Positions 48,601-62,800 of a DNA stretch of 64,000 bases are shown here, one piece after another (the first letter of the stretch is position 1; each line of letters opens with the position of its first letter). A model generated the notes under the pieces. It saw only the letters and a program-made list of their open reading frames with translations. It was not told the origin of the DNA and ran no database searches. The DNA comes from Tubiluchus corallicola (lineage: Eukaryota > Animalia > Priapulida). The position numbers were made by a program, and so were the translations under genes. Location: NCBI GenBank assembly GCA_030141605.1, contig JAQGDQ010001037.1, positions 4,457-68,456 on the forward strand, in the 5' to 3' direction.

Positions 48601-50839
48601 TGTTGATGTATCAGCATTTATTTCACGCATATTAAGTATCGTTAGTACCAGTCCTCGTAACTCACATTAATTTAGCATTCTGTCATCGTTGCTACTTGTA
48701 TTTATGCTCTCTAATATATGAATTTTCGTCTGTCTGTCTTTTTGTCTTTCCGCCGAAAGGTCGCTGTTTGTGCTTTCGATTGCGGTTTTCTGACTCCGGT
48801 GCTGCCTCTGACGGCTGTTGCAGACTAGGTAAGATTCGGTTGGCAAGTTTTGATGATTCACAAGTTTTTAGTTAAACCGGTGCTCTAGGTGTTCGAGAGA
48901 CCGCGGGCATGTTGCCGAATTTGTGCACACTTGCTTAATCTTAGCAGCATTTGCAGCTTTTCATTGTTAAAAAGTTGGTCATTTTTGATAACCACACGTA
49001 AAATATTCATTAAAAGTCAACTATTTATTTAAACCGCAAGGAAACCCCCCACTTACGTAAAGCTTAAAAAATTTGTCTCGAAATTTTGTACCGTTTACGT
49101 GCTACCTTTTCGTATGCAGGGCTTACATCGACCGTAACGCCGCATAAAACATGTAAATTCAAACTCCCGTGATGACTGTTAGGCGCAGCCATTTTGATGA
49201 TAGGTCATTTGAAGCAAGTTTAGATAACATTATGTAAAGTTTGAAAAAATAATCAGAGCATTCGTAGCATACATGTTGCTAACTAAGTAAAATTTTAAAT
49301 TATTGTATCTTGTCAATAGGATTAAAACACCTTTTTGGCTAGTGAGTGGCGCACCCTGGAGGGTGAGTCAGCGACATTCTACCAACTGGCACAAACATTT
49401 TAAATTATTAGTCTAGTTACATAAGTCTTTCCAGCACGTAAGTAAAATCCTAAATAATGTAGATTTGCACGGAAAGTTTTTTGGGTCATAATTTAACATT
49501 GCCTTTTCTTTCCCTGATTTACTTAGAGTAGTGACGTCATCTAATGGCGCCGTCCGAACAGTATTGCGGGAGATTTAGAAGAAAACAAACGAAAATTATT
49601 TTCAACGTGAATGCGATATGTGCATAAAAATGCTGTAAAGTACTATAATTTTTTAAGGCGATTTTTCTGAAACCTACTTCAGGTACCCCTTCTCTTGTCC
49701 TTAAGACAGATTACGAAAGAATATTTCTTCAAGGAATCATCTGTTATTTAAGAAGACAAGAAGATATTTACTTATTCATATCACCAGAGAAAATTCTCAG
49801 CATTATTTTTCAATTAGTTTTTTCATACTTACAACACAAAAGTGCACGTAACTTAAAACACAAACTACACGTAACTTTCAACACAAACTACACATAACTT
49901 AAAACAGACAGTACACGTAACTTAAAACACAAACTACACATAACTTACAGCACAGACTGCACGTAACTTACAACAGATAGTACACTTAACTTAAAACACA
50001 AACTACACGTAACTTGCAGCACAGACTGCACGTAACTTACAACAGACAGTACACGTAACTTTCAACACAAACTACATGTAACTTACAACACAAACTACAC
50101 ATAACTTACAACAGACAGTACACGTAACTTTCAACACAAACTACACGTAACTTACAACACAAACTACACATAACTTACAACAGACAGTACACGTAACTTT
50201 CAACACAAACTACACGTAACTTACAACACAAACTACACAACTTACAACAGACAGTACACGTAACTTTCAACACAAACTGCACGTAACTTACAAAACAAAC
50301 TGCACGTAACTTTCAACACAAATTACACATAGATAAGGGAAATTTTCTTTGGCCCGAACGGCACCTGACAAATCTACATTTTGCGGAAACCGCTCAAAAT
50401 TATTATCATGGTTACGATCAATTTTTTACGCTTGCTTTTGACAATATGTTGAAGGAAGTGTAAATTAAAGCATTTTGCCTTCTGTAGAGAAACTCTATGA
50501 AGACTCAAAGCCCCTTTGTATTTATGTTGCAAGCTGTTTTACGTTATATGTTTTTTGTATTTTTGCTTTTAAATGTTTGTTCGTATGTTTGATTGACTGA
50601 TTGATTTTTCGTTTGTTTTATCATTTTACTCCTGTTCTGCAATAATTTTCCTTCATATTTTTACTTTTTCATCTGTTTAGCTTACTGCACTTTATAAAAG
50701 ATTATGTTTCGTTGTGTGTATTAAGTGCAATGTTATAATTTGTAGTTAAATTGCTGTATTTACAAGTGCATTTGGAAGCGTATTTTCTTATTTCAATGAG
50801 ATTTGATGCTCATAAGTGATAATTTGATTGTAAACTAAA

Positions 50840-50870
<31 letters not shown>

Positions 50871-53800
50871 TGTGTGTGTGTGTGTTCTGCAAACAGGTAT
50901 TTAAATTACATTTAGTTTGCTGGCTAGTTCCATTTATTCAGCAGGAGCCAATAGGGGTGATCATCGAACGTTCGAATTCGATTCAAATGAGTTTTTCGGA
51001 TAATTCAGCACTTCAGCCACGTCCGTTCTTTATCGTTAAAACCTTCGAAACAGCTTGTAATTAGCACAATTTAGCTGCAGTTTCTGCACAAAATTTTTAA
51101 CAAACTAATAGTGGTTTTACTGCAAAACAAAATCAAGTAATATGCATAACCTTTGTAAGACCACTTACATATATATATATATATAATAATCTTTATTTTT
51201 CGTTAAAATACATTGATAATCACTGATAAAAACTTTACAGAGATGATCAATCAGTGTTAGTTAATAAAAACTTACACTGCTAAAGGCAAATGCGTCAGTG
51301 GAATCTAAACTACTGTGCAGTAATGGAAAGTAACGACGAATAAAATCAAACATATTTACAACTATGCACAAAAAAATGAAAAAAATATGATTTGATTGAT
51401 ATGGCCGTGGACTATTAATATGACTTTTTACTAATGGTTCAAAAACTTGTTGGAAAATCTTTCAAACTCAATTCATAAGCGCCAGACTTTACAAGCTTTC
51501 GCTCACTAAAATGTAAACCGTGCAGGTATGAACTTTCCAATACATGAGATCACTAAACACTGAGGATTACATAGTCATATCTAGACTGCATTACCACTTC
51601 ATCGACTTGAGCTTTGTAAGACCACTTTTTATTGCTTGTTGGAAAATCTTTCAAACTCAATTCAAATTCGAAGTCGCAAATTCGATTCAATTCGAATTCG
51701 CTTTCTGCTAGAGAATGCTCACCCCCCTAGTTACTAAGTTCCTTTTTACGTAAGAAATTTTCAAGCTGCACGAGGGAAAGTCGTCGACTTGCGACCTATA
51801 CAGTTCGTGACTGAAATGATCAAATTCGTGACTGCGATTTCGGCTTACAAGTTAAGCAAAACGAACAGTATGAGTTAAAGCACAAGAAAACCCTTCATAA
51901 ACATAAAGCTTGAAAAATTCGTTTTGGAATTTTATATCGCTTAGATACTGCCATTTTGCGTGCAGGACTTCAATCGGCAGTCACGCTGTGTAAAACATGT
52001 AAATGTAAACTCCCGCGATGACAGATAGGCGCAGCCATTTTCACAACAGGTCATTTAAAACAAGTTTAGATAACATTTTGTAAAGTTTGAAAAAACAATC
52101 AGAGCATTCTGTGTCGCTAACGAAATAAAATTTAAATTACTGTATCTTGTCAATAAGATTAAAAATGCGTTTTTTGTTACTGAGTGGTGCAGCCTGGAGG
52201 GTGACTCTGCGACATTTTGCCAATTGGTGAAAACATTTTAAATAATTAATAATTTTCTTTTCTAGTTACATAAGCCTTTCTAGTAGGTAAGCGAAAATCT
52301 AAGTAATATAGATTTGCAAGGAAAGTCTTTTGAGACATAATTTAACATTGCTTTCTCTTCCCTTCATTTACGTTTGGTGCATGACGTCATGTAATGGCGA
52401 CTTCGGAACAGTATTGCGGGAGATTTAAAATGAAAACAAACTAAAATTCCTTTCAGTGTGAGTAAGATAAATGCATTAAATTGCTATAAAGTAATATAAT
52501 TTTTTAAGGCGATTTTTCTGAAACCTACTTCAGGTATCCTTTAAGGATGACAGTCATGACACATCTTTGCTAGATAGTACATACCATATCTGATGTACGT
52601 TTAAATCGCCACATGACTGGTCACTCACGAATGTGGTCGTAAGTCGATGAAGTGGTAATGCAGTCTAGATATGGCTATGTAATCCTCAGTGTTTAGTGAT
52701 CTCATGTATTGGAAAGTTCATACCTGCACGGTTTACATTTTAGTGAGCGAAAGCTTGTAAAGTCTGGCGCTTATCATGAATTGAGTTTGAAAGATTTTCC
52801 AACAAGTTTTTGAACCATTAGTAAAAAGTCATATTAATAGTCCACGGCCATATTAATCAAATCATAATTTTTTCATTTTTTGTGCATAGTTGTAAATATG
52901 TTTGATTTTATTTGTCGTTACTTTCCATTACTGCACAGTAGTTTAGACTGCACTGACGTATTTGCCTTTAGCAGTGTAAGTTTTTATTAACTAACACTGA
53001 TTGATCATCTCTGTGTAAAGTTTGTATCAGTGATTATCAATGTTTTTAATGGCAAATAAAGATAGTTATATAATAATCTTTATTTGCCATTAAAAAACAT
53101 TGATAATCACTGATAAAAACTTTACAGAGATGATCAATACTGTATATAATATAATACTTATGTAATACTTATATATATGTAAGTGGTCTTACAAAGATCA
53201 TGCATATTACTCGATTTTGTTCTGCAGTAAAACCACTATTAATTTGTTAAAAATTTTGCGCAGAAACTGCAGCTAAATTGTGCTCATTACAAGCTGTTTC
53301 AAAGGTTTTAACGATAAAGAACGGACATGGCTGAAGTGCTGAATTATCCGAAAAACTCGTTTGAATCGAATTCGAACGTTCGATGATCACCCCTACTGGC
53401 TCCTGCTGAATAAATGGAACTAGCCAGCAAACTAAATGTAATTTAAATACCTGTTTGCAGAACACACACATTTAGTTTACATAAACATGTGAAGGGAACA
53501 GTCGTTTCCAAAATATCGTGCGATTAATAAACCTGTTTGTAATTAAATTTAATTAATTTATGCGTTGTAATTGTGACACACAACATCGTTTGTCCACAAT
53601 GTTGTTGGACGAACTGGCAAAGAAGTTCGACAATACAATTTCTTTATTAACTCACAAAGAACTTTTTCCATTCTTTAGAATGTGCTGGCTGTCAGAAGAC
53701 ATTGCAAGATGGCCACGCGGTACTGGCGTTAGACAAACACTGGCATGAAAACTGTTTCAAGTGCGAAACCTGTGGCCAGGTGTTACAGGGGGAATATATG

Positions 53801-56800
53801 GGCAGGTGAGACGTTTGACGAACTTGTTCTGTCTAGGGTCTGTTCAAACAATGCAAAATGAAATGCAAATTGTACAAATAGGCCTACATGTATTCTAATA
53901 GCAATACCAAATGGCTATACTGCAAGAAACATTAACACACTGCAACTGTCAGTCGCCTGCTTCTTCTTGGCTCTCAGAAACAGTTACGCTTGAACTTGAC
54001 TGAGCCCGAGGCTGAGACCAAGAATACTTTTCCGAAGACCGAATTGCTTTCAGCGAAACTATACAAATTTGAAAAAATTCATATAAAAACAAACAAAATG
54101 GCTCCTGAAAGCTGATTTTAAGTCGTTAGTGAGTCGTGTGACTCATAGTGATGTGCGCATCGCTTACTTTTGTTCAGTAAATATGTACACAAAGCTTTTA
54201 CAAGGGTTGCATTTTGAGATGGTAGCAACATCTTGTATTGAAAATTAACGAGCTTTTCTTTGTCTCGTACTGTCGGGTGCCTGTGCAGTTGGCAACATCC
54301 GTACATACTTATGGATTGAGGCAAAATCCGGACAAACTGCCGATTTTTTGAAAACCCACCCGGACATGGGCCCAAAAAGAGGAAGTGTCCGGGGAAACCC
54401 AGACGTATGGTAACCCTAAGTATACAGGTACCATATGTATATGCCAAGCAAAATAATAAATGTCATTAGCTCTATAGTACTTTGACTAAGCAAATTGTTA
54501 TGTTTGACATGTTTAATCTAATATAATACTGATATATTTATAGGGAAGGGAAGCCGTATTGCGAGAACGATTATCAGAAACTGTTTGGGGTGCGCTGCGC
54601 CGGATGCCTCCAGTTCATCACGGGTCGAGTGCTGCAAGCGGGGGATCAGCACTTCCACCCGGAGTGTTCTCGCTGCGCACGCTGCAAGCAGGCGTTCACC
54701 GAAGGGCAGGAAATGTTCCTTCAAGGTAATTGCTTGCCGCTGGTTGTCTTTTTTGCTTGAAGGTGTCACTGTTCTTGACTTTGTGAGAATCAGCTCTGGA
54801 TTAACCATTAAGCAAGATAAGCACGTGTTTAGGTCCTTAGGGGAAGAGGGGCACCACATAGTTTTTTCAAATAGAATAATAATAAATAATAATAATAATC
54901 AATAATAATGATAATAAGTATAGCAGAATACAGTGTGGCGTTTTATATATATATATATATATATAAACTTTATTTATTTTGCGTGGATTTACAACACAGT
55001 AACTATTACTGGTCATAGTATTTCCACTATGTGCAGTGATGAAATATACAATTACTTGAACTAGTTCGAGTATGTAATAACTCAAAATAGCTAGTTCAAA
55101 AATACGACTAGTTCATTAGCTAATACTTAATTAAAATTTACAAAAGCCACACAATAGATACGATAACAGAAACGATTCTCGATGCACATAAGCCTATAAG
55201 ACCATGCATTGTACATTGTAATGTACCATGTTGCTGCTTAATTCAGAAATCCAATACATGTGAAATTAATACAATTAGTGCAGTATTACTGTTATTACAG
55301 CAGTACATATACTTCATTCTAGCATAAGTTGTTTATTAATGAGTACTTGATTGAATGTACTCATATTACAGCAGTACATATACTTCATTCTAGCATAAGT
55401 TGTTTATTAATGACGAAATAATGGCGGGGATTTTCAATCCTTTCACAGCTTTACTGTTTGTAGTTTAAATATATTAATCTTTTGCGTTGTTTTTTCTTCA
55501 GCTATGTTGTAAATTTCTAATTATAATTTGTAGTTTGCTGGGTGAAAATAAATAAACTAAACTGAACTATTGCATGTGAATAAGACCATCTATTTTATCG
55601 CAATTAATTTGTTTTAGGGTCTGAAATATGGCATCCACAGTGCACTGCTGCCAAGAAAGAGGTACGTTTACAATGATACTTCACTAGGGAGGAGAGAGAA
55701 GAGGGATGAGAGTGAAATGTTTGAGGGTCTATAGGAGCCATTGTAGTTGTGATTCCGCTTGCTGCAATGTCTGTGTGCCTTGCACTGCATGGTAGTTATA
55801 GCTTTAGTTAGTAGTATAATTTTGCAGTGTGATTATTGTTATTTATTTTGAGATTGTAGTAGAAATTTGAATTTGTTAGCAGCATAAAAAAAAATTACGA
55901 TATTTACACATAATAATTTACACAAAAATGAACAACAGACAATATACAGTCGTACCTCAGTTTTTGATCATAATTCGTTCCTAAAAAGTGTTTGAAAACC
56001 GATTTGGTTGAGAACCGAATCATTTATTCCCATAAGAAATAATGTAAAAGCAAATAATCCGTTCTCAAGCACCAAATGTACTACTGTAAAGTGTTACTAA
56101 AACGAAATATAATAATGTAAAAATGTTTATCTAAACATATAAAACTGTCTTACATATAAAATTGCACTTTTAGCATTTTACATATCTGGATTGTTGTTAT
56201 ATTTATGTAAATCGGTAGTTGTGAGTTGTGACCCAGAGTACAGTTTACAGAATTAATTGCATTTGCTTGCCAAAAAAAAGTGGTGGGGAGTACCGGGAAT
56301 TCTCCCCACTTGAAAACATCATTAATGATCTGTGATGACTTGTCAATGAAAAAACAAGGGTTGTCTTTCTGTGATCTGTAGTTACTGGAGTAACTACACT
56401 GGAGTAATTGCACTTTGCACATTACTATATTAGTTAGCACCATAATAAACGTTGATTAAAAATCTTTTTTAATTAAATAGTTGCACAATATGTGGAAGCA
56501 TGCTTAGTCATAAATTATTGCACATTTAGAGATGTTTTCTACCTTTCCCCTGTTCCATGAATTTGCACATTTTGGTCTGTCTTTGCACACAATTTAGTAT
56601 TTTTTCTGGCTTTTCTTATTTCTCGTTCTTGCACTGTTATTTAGCAGCTTGCATGATTCTGCATGAATGATTTCTGTTTCACAGCACACGCCCGGTAGCC
56701 GATCATCGCAGCGGTCTTTCTCTCGAGCTTCCGGCTCCTATAGCAGTATGGGGAGGAAGGTTTGTTTTAAAAATCGTGTTTAAGTATGAGATAGATTTTT

Positions 56801-59800
56801 AAATTTGATAAAAGAGTATCTGTATTAGTAAAATGGTGTAGTAGTAAATAGCCTATTAGAAAAAATAGTTCCACGTTTTTTAAACTAATGTATAAGTTAA
56901 CAAATTTTTTATTATTAGTTACGGTGCGTTCAGACTTGCAAGTTTTCTCGCTAAATAACTGACAAGTGTGTTCAGACTAACAGATATTTTTTGTCATGCT
57001 AGGAGAAATATTTCTCTAAAGGTGCACTTAGACTAGTGCGTTCATGCTGCAAGTTACTCTCCGACAGTAAGCGTGAGTTGACGCTCAGTTCTCTATGCAC
57101 TTCGAGAAGTGTTGAGAGTAACTCGCTGAGGTGTTTGCAAAAACTTACCGACAGTAACTTGCAGTAATGTTGAAAGTTTGCAAAAATTTACCGACATTAA
57201 CTCGCAGTAATCTTGAGAGTTTGCAAAAACTTTCCGGCAGCAACTCACAGTAACTGTCGAGAGTTTGCAGAAACTTACCGACAGTAACTCGCAGTAACTG
57301 TCGAGAGTTTGCAGAAACTTACCGACAGTAACTCGCAGTAACATCGAGGGTTTGCAAAAACTTACCGACAGTAACTCGCAGTAACGTCGAGGGTTTGCAA
57401 AAATTTACCGACAGTAACTCGCAGTAACTGTCGAGAGTTTGCAAAAGCTTACCGACAGTAACTCGCAGTAACTGTCGAGAGTTTGCAAAAGCTTACCGAC
57501 AGTAACTCGCAGTAACGTCGAGGGTTTGCAAAAATTTACCGACAGTAACTCGCAGTAACTGTCGAGAGTTTGCAAAAACTTACCGACAGTAGCTCGCAGC
57601 AATGTCGAGAGTTTGCAAAAGCTTACCGACAGTAACTTGCAGTAACGTTGAGAGTTTGCAAAAACTTACCGACAGTAACTCGCAGTAATGTTGAGAGTTT
57701 CGAAAAGCTTACCAACAGTAACTCACAGTAATGTCGAGGGTTTGCAGAAACCTACCGACAGTAACTCGCAGTAACGTCGAGAGTTTGCAAAAGCTTACCG
57801 ACAGTAACTCGCAGTAACTGTCGAGAGTTTGCAGAAACCTACCGACAGTAACTCGCAGTAACTGTCGAGAGTTTGCAGAAACCTACCGACAGTAACTCGC
57901 AGTAATGTCGAGAGTTTGCAAAAACTTACCGACAGTAACTCGCAAAGTAGTTCATACTTGCAAGTGTGCTGTAGAGAGAAAACTGAACACACCCTAACAT
58001 CCTGGATCTTTACTCAGCAAACAATGTACAAGTAGTATAAACCATAAATGTACGCACACATTATACAGTGTACATACATATATAGTATACATATACAACA
58101 TACACCTACAATATAGAACTATGGGTACACATGTACAATATATGTGTGGACATACACGTACTATACTTATATACAATATACACGTGCAGCATACGTGTAC
58201 ATCATACATATATAGCATACATATACAGTATAGGGCTGCGTATTGCTTTTCAGTATACAGTATACACATATCTTATTTGCATACAGTATACATATACAGC
58301 ATAAATGTGTGCTTGTGTAGCAAAATCGTACTTAAGTCGGCAATTAATCTTTTCTAGTTATTCACATATCTTGAATCTCCATTTCATGAGGATCATTTTG
58401 ATACCAAGCTCATCACTCTATGTTATTTCTAAGCTGAGGTAATCCACGTTGAAGTCGAGGTGCAGGCTATGCAGTCAAAAACATAATCTTGAGAAAATGA
58501 TTGTTAAAGTTATGCATTGTTTTTTGTCGTATCTGTACAAAACACTTAGCAACCGCAGAAATGTTGGTTGCTATGGACTTTACAAGAGCACGTTGAAGTT
58601 AGGTTTTAAATCCAGTAGATGGCTCTTCCTGACGACGATCTGAGCTTGGCAACAGAAAAAATCCGAAGCAAAAGGACTGCTTCCACGAGCTACAATCGGA
58701 GTTAGAAAATAGGAGTTTTTTTTGCAATTGCAGTACTAATTCTAGACAGAAAAGTGGGTACAGGGTTAAAAAACAGATTTTTAGTATTTTTAACATTTTT
58801 TGGTGAATTTGTTGCCAGATTATAAAAGTTCAATATATTTAGCATTTGTTTTTACAAAAAACAAAAAATTGAAATTAGGCCAAATTTTTGGTGCTTTCTA
58901 CTTTGAAGCATCAGAACGCAATTTTAACTATGCCGACTTATGAACGGTTTTGGTTTGCAAGCACACAGATATATATACATATACAGAGCACACATACGTG
59001 GTCTGCACATACAGCATAAACATGTCAATGTGTCAGTATACTGGCAAGCTTTAGCCTTTGAAACAATTTTTTATTTTAATGCAGTTTTTGTCGATCATTA
59101 TAAATCATTGAGCATTTTAATACGAGTAAATTATTCATGAAGTAAAAATGTGGAATTTGTCATCTGTGATCAGCTGATTATGTTTGACATGCTTGTATTA
59201 GTTTTTACATTTTCTACTTTCCAGCATTCTCTGCCTCACGAGCCGGGCAAGTACGAGCCAAAGTTTGACGTGGATTTTGGCTCGAAAGTCTACATTGAGA
59301 GTTACCTAATGCCGGAACCGTTTGAGCCGTTTCACATGCTGCGCACTCCGATATCCCCGAAGCCACCTAAATCTCCTCACTTCTATAGACCAGGTGTGTG
59401 ACATGTTGTAATTATGTAAGAAGACTGGAGATCAAAGTATTTCCTGTTGTTTTTTGATACCTTCAGTGTCAGTAGTGCTATTATTCTATTGTAAAACAAT
59501 TGCTTGTCCTTATTTGTATGTATTAACGTCAAATTGTCATGTGCAAATGTATGCTGTATGTAAATATTTATTAATACGTTTTATTAACATTACCATAGAT
59601 CATTTCTGATGGCTTTAGAAAGCCATGAATGCCTTTCGATCTCCAAAATTGTGTCGCCCGTTGCTCGGCCATCTTTCTTGCTGCAGTGACCACATGACCA
59701 CATACTCAAGGCTGGTTAGGCCTAAGAAGGCGGCTGGTCTTGTTCGAGTAGATGTGGCTCGAGAAATTTGGACATGAGGGGGATTTGAACTCAAAACGGC

Positions 59801-62800
59801 GTTTTCATTTGCAGGTCATATGGTCATTACACTCGATTGCATTTTACATCATGCTGTTTTGTTTGTTTTGTCGTTAACATACCAATTTTTGTAAATTTTT
59901 CAGAGAAATTAAATTTCGGAAGTAAAGGCATTTATGCGAAGTTGAGTGGAGCTCCTCGTACAGGAATGGCAGTTCTTGGTATGTATGTTGATGCATGCGC
60001 TTTGTAAGCAGAAAGTCCTTGGTTCAAATCCAGAGTGTATTCCTACTTAATTTTACAGGATCATTTTTAATCATCAGTTATATTCCAGTACCATCAGTAC
60101 AATTTCGTTTACTAATATCCACTGTCGTTGAGAGCAGAATGTCAAGAAACAGAACGTGAGCCAAAGTGAATAAGAAAGAGAAAAATAAACTTTTTTCTTA
60201 AAGGACAAGAAAAGGGGCACCTGAAGTAGGTTTCAGAAAAATCGCCTTAAAAAATTATATTACTTTACAGCAATTTTATGCATATATCGTATTCGCGTTG
60301 AAAGGAATTTTCGTTTGTTTTCATTTTAAATCTCCCGCAATACTGTTCAGACGGCACCATTAAATGACATGACTACTCCATGTAAATCAGGGGAAGAAGA
60401 GTAAATGTTAAATTATGTCCCAAAAAACTTTCCGTGCAAATCTGTATTACTTAGCATTTCACTTACCTGCTGGAAAGACTTCTGTAACTAGACTAATAAT
60501 TTAAAATATTTGTGCCAATTGGTAAAATGTCGCTAACTCACCCTCCAGGGTACGCCACTCACTAGCCAAAAACGTATTTTTAATCTTATTGACAAGATAC
60601 AGTAATTTAAAATTTTACTTAGTTAGCACAATGTATGCCATGAATACTCTGATTATTTTTTCAAACTGTACTTAATGTTATCAAAACTTGTTTCAAATGA
60701 CCTACCATTAAAATGACTGCCCCTAACGGTCATCGCGGAAGTTTAAATTTCCACGTTTTATACAGCATTACTGCTGATGCAAGCCATGAATACGAAAAGG
60801 TAGTATGTAAGTGGTAGAAAATTTCGAGACGAATTTTTTAAGCTTTGTGTTTACGGAGGGTTTTCTTGTGCTTTTAAGTAAATAATTTTCAGGGGCACGA
60901 CTAGTGTTTTGTGTTATTTTACATTTTACATATTTCACGGATATTCTGTTTATGCACAGCTCAAGTACGACGTGATTGTTTTATTAATGCGTCGCTGCGT
61001 CTTACCCAACTGTCTTGCAAGTTTTTCTTGACAAAAAGAAGTTTTGTCTAAATGTTTGCCAGAGTGATATATCTGGTGTTGGTGTTTCTACATGTTTTAG
61101 TTAAGAAAACACCGTGAACGAGGTTGGTTTGAAAATTGAAGCTGAAAGTTTCATTCTGTGCAATCCCATGACATGTTTTTACTACTGTTAGTTGTTTTCA
61201 ATTGTTGTAGTGCAGTTCTTCTCAAATGTCGTGAAGCTCACGATTTCTTTATCTTATTTTTTATTAGTTCTTAATTATGATAATTAGTCATATTATTACA
61301 TTCTCTCGTTAAAACATTAAAAATCCCACACAAGAAATTTCAGCTATAAAATGAATGTATTTCTTAATATACAGTCTAAACTTTCATCCTTGAACTAGTA
61401 TGCATAACATTTACCTTCATTGAATTGCTGGCTTCCTTGCTTCATGGAAAAAACTTACCTGGGCAGTTGGCTTTCAGAGATCACTGAATTAGCATGTGAC
61501 TTAAACTGAGAGAGCAATGTATAGTGTTATTAATGATTTATATAAATAAAGCTCACCTGTATTCTACTTGAATTCTACCTGTATTCTAGTGTCCTAGCAA
61601 TTATCTTCACAACTTCTTCATATCAAATTTTCCCGAGGGGTTGGATGGCGCCCTACACTCCTTTCTGTTACCCTTCTTTAACTGCCCACCCCGCCGCACT
61701 TGAATGCACCTTACATCACGAATTGTATTTTGTGCTCAGAATAAGCTAAATATAGGCTGCATGTCCATACAATAAATTTAAATTTGTCAGGATGATGAAA
61801 ATGCTGTGACACAAAAGTGAAGTAAAACCCAGTAACAGCGACAGTGCCGGGTAGCCACAGCACTCTGTTCAGAACCACTGCCACATAGTGTTGTGAATGT
61901 GAACTAATAAGCAATGCAAGAGCTAACAGTTTTTTCTGTATGATCTTTTCATCGTCGCTTCTCATTGGTTGTTGTTTTCATGTTAACGCTTTAACTACCC
62001 CGTGCAAGATGTTTAGTTGTATCTATCTGACGACATAATAAAATAAAAACATATGAAGATATAATCACCAGACTTTGTGTAGTGATTGGTGTGTGCAAGA
62101 ATTGGATACTCTTAGCTTTTCAGTTCAAAAGATTAGGGTCACAAGGTCAAAAAATGTCAACAAGTTCCTGTTTAGTTCGAAACGTCAAAGGTCAAAATCA
62201 CAATTCAAGGTTTGAAGGTCAAAGTGTCATTAAAATTAAATCTGATGGATTAAACAATAATCTCCATACTTACTACAGAGCTATGTCTGAGCTAAACCTG
62301 GAAACATGCTGCTCTTTGGTCGAAAAGGTCATAGGTCAAACTCACAACCCAAGGTCAATAAATTAAAGTGGATGTATGAAGCAGTAATCGTCAGACATGG
62401 TACAGTGACTGTACTAGACTTCAAAACCTAGTGCTGTTTGGTTTAAAAGGTCAAAGGTCAAGGTCACATGGTGAAAAAATACTAAATATCAAGTGGCGAT
62501 AGAAACATATGTCCAGGCGTTGGTCTGCACCTCTATTGAGTGCCCTCTAGTCAAAATTATTTAGTAATTTGTTCTGGTTTGTTTTCAGCCGACTCTTGTA
62601 AGGAGGCAGTTCCCCGCGCTCGCTCTCCGAGCATGAACAATGAGGAACCAATAGCGTTAGCTCATTTTCCCGGTGCACACGTTCCCGACGCCGTCGAGGT
62701 AGAACATCCAAAAATTGAGCGAGATGACTGGCCCGCTCCTCCGTACGCGCCCGTGGTGTTGAAGAGAAAGGAGGAGGAGGCTGGGGAAGACGAGGAGGAC

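Noticed and set aside
54118-54905. ORFs 54118-54447(-), 54518-54859(-), 54585-54905(+)
   Set aside because: Off-frame or antisense readings of the abLIM exon, or of a hAT-like MITE fragment.
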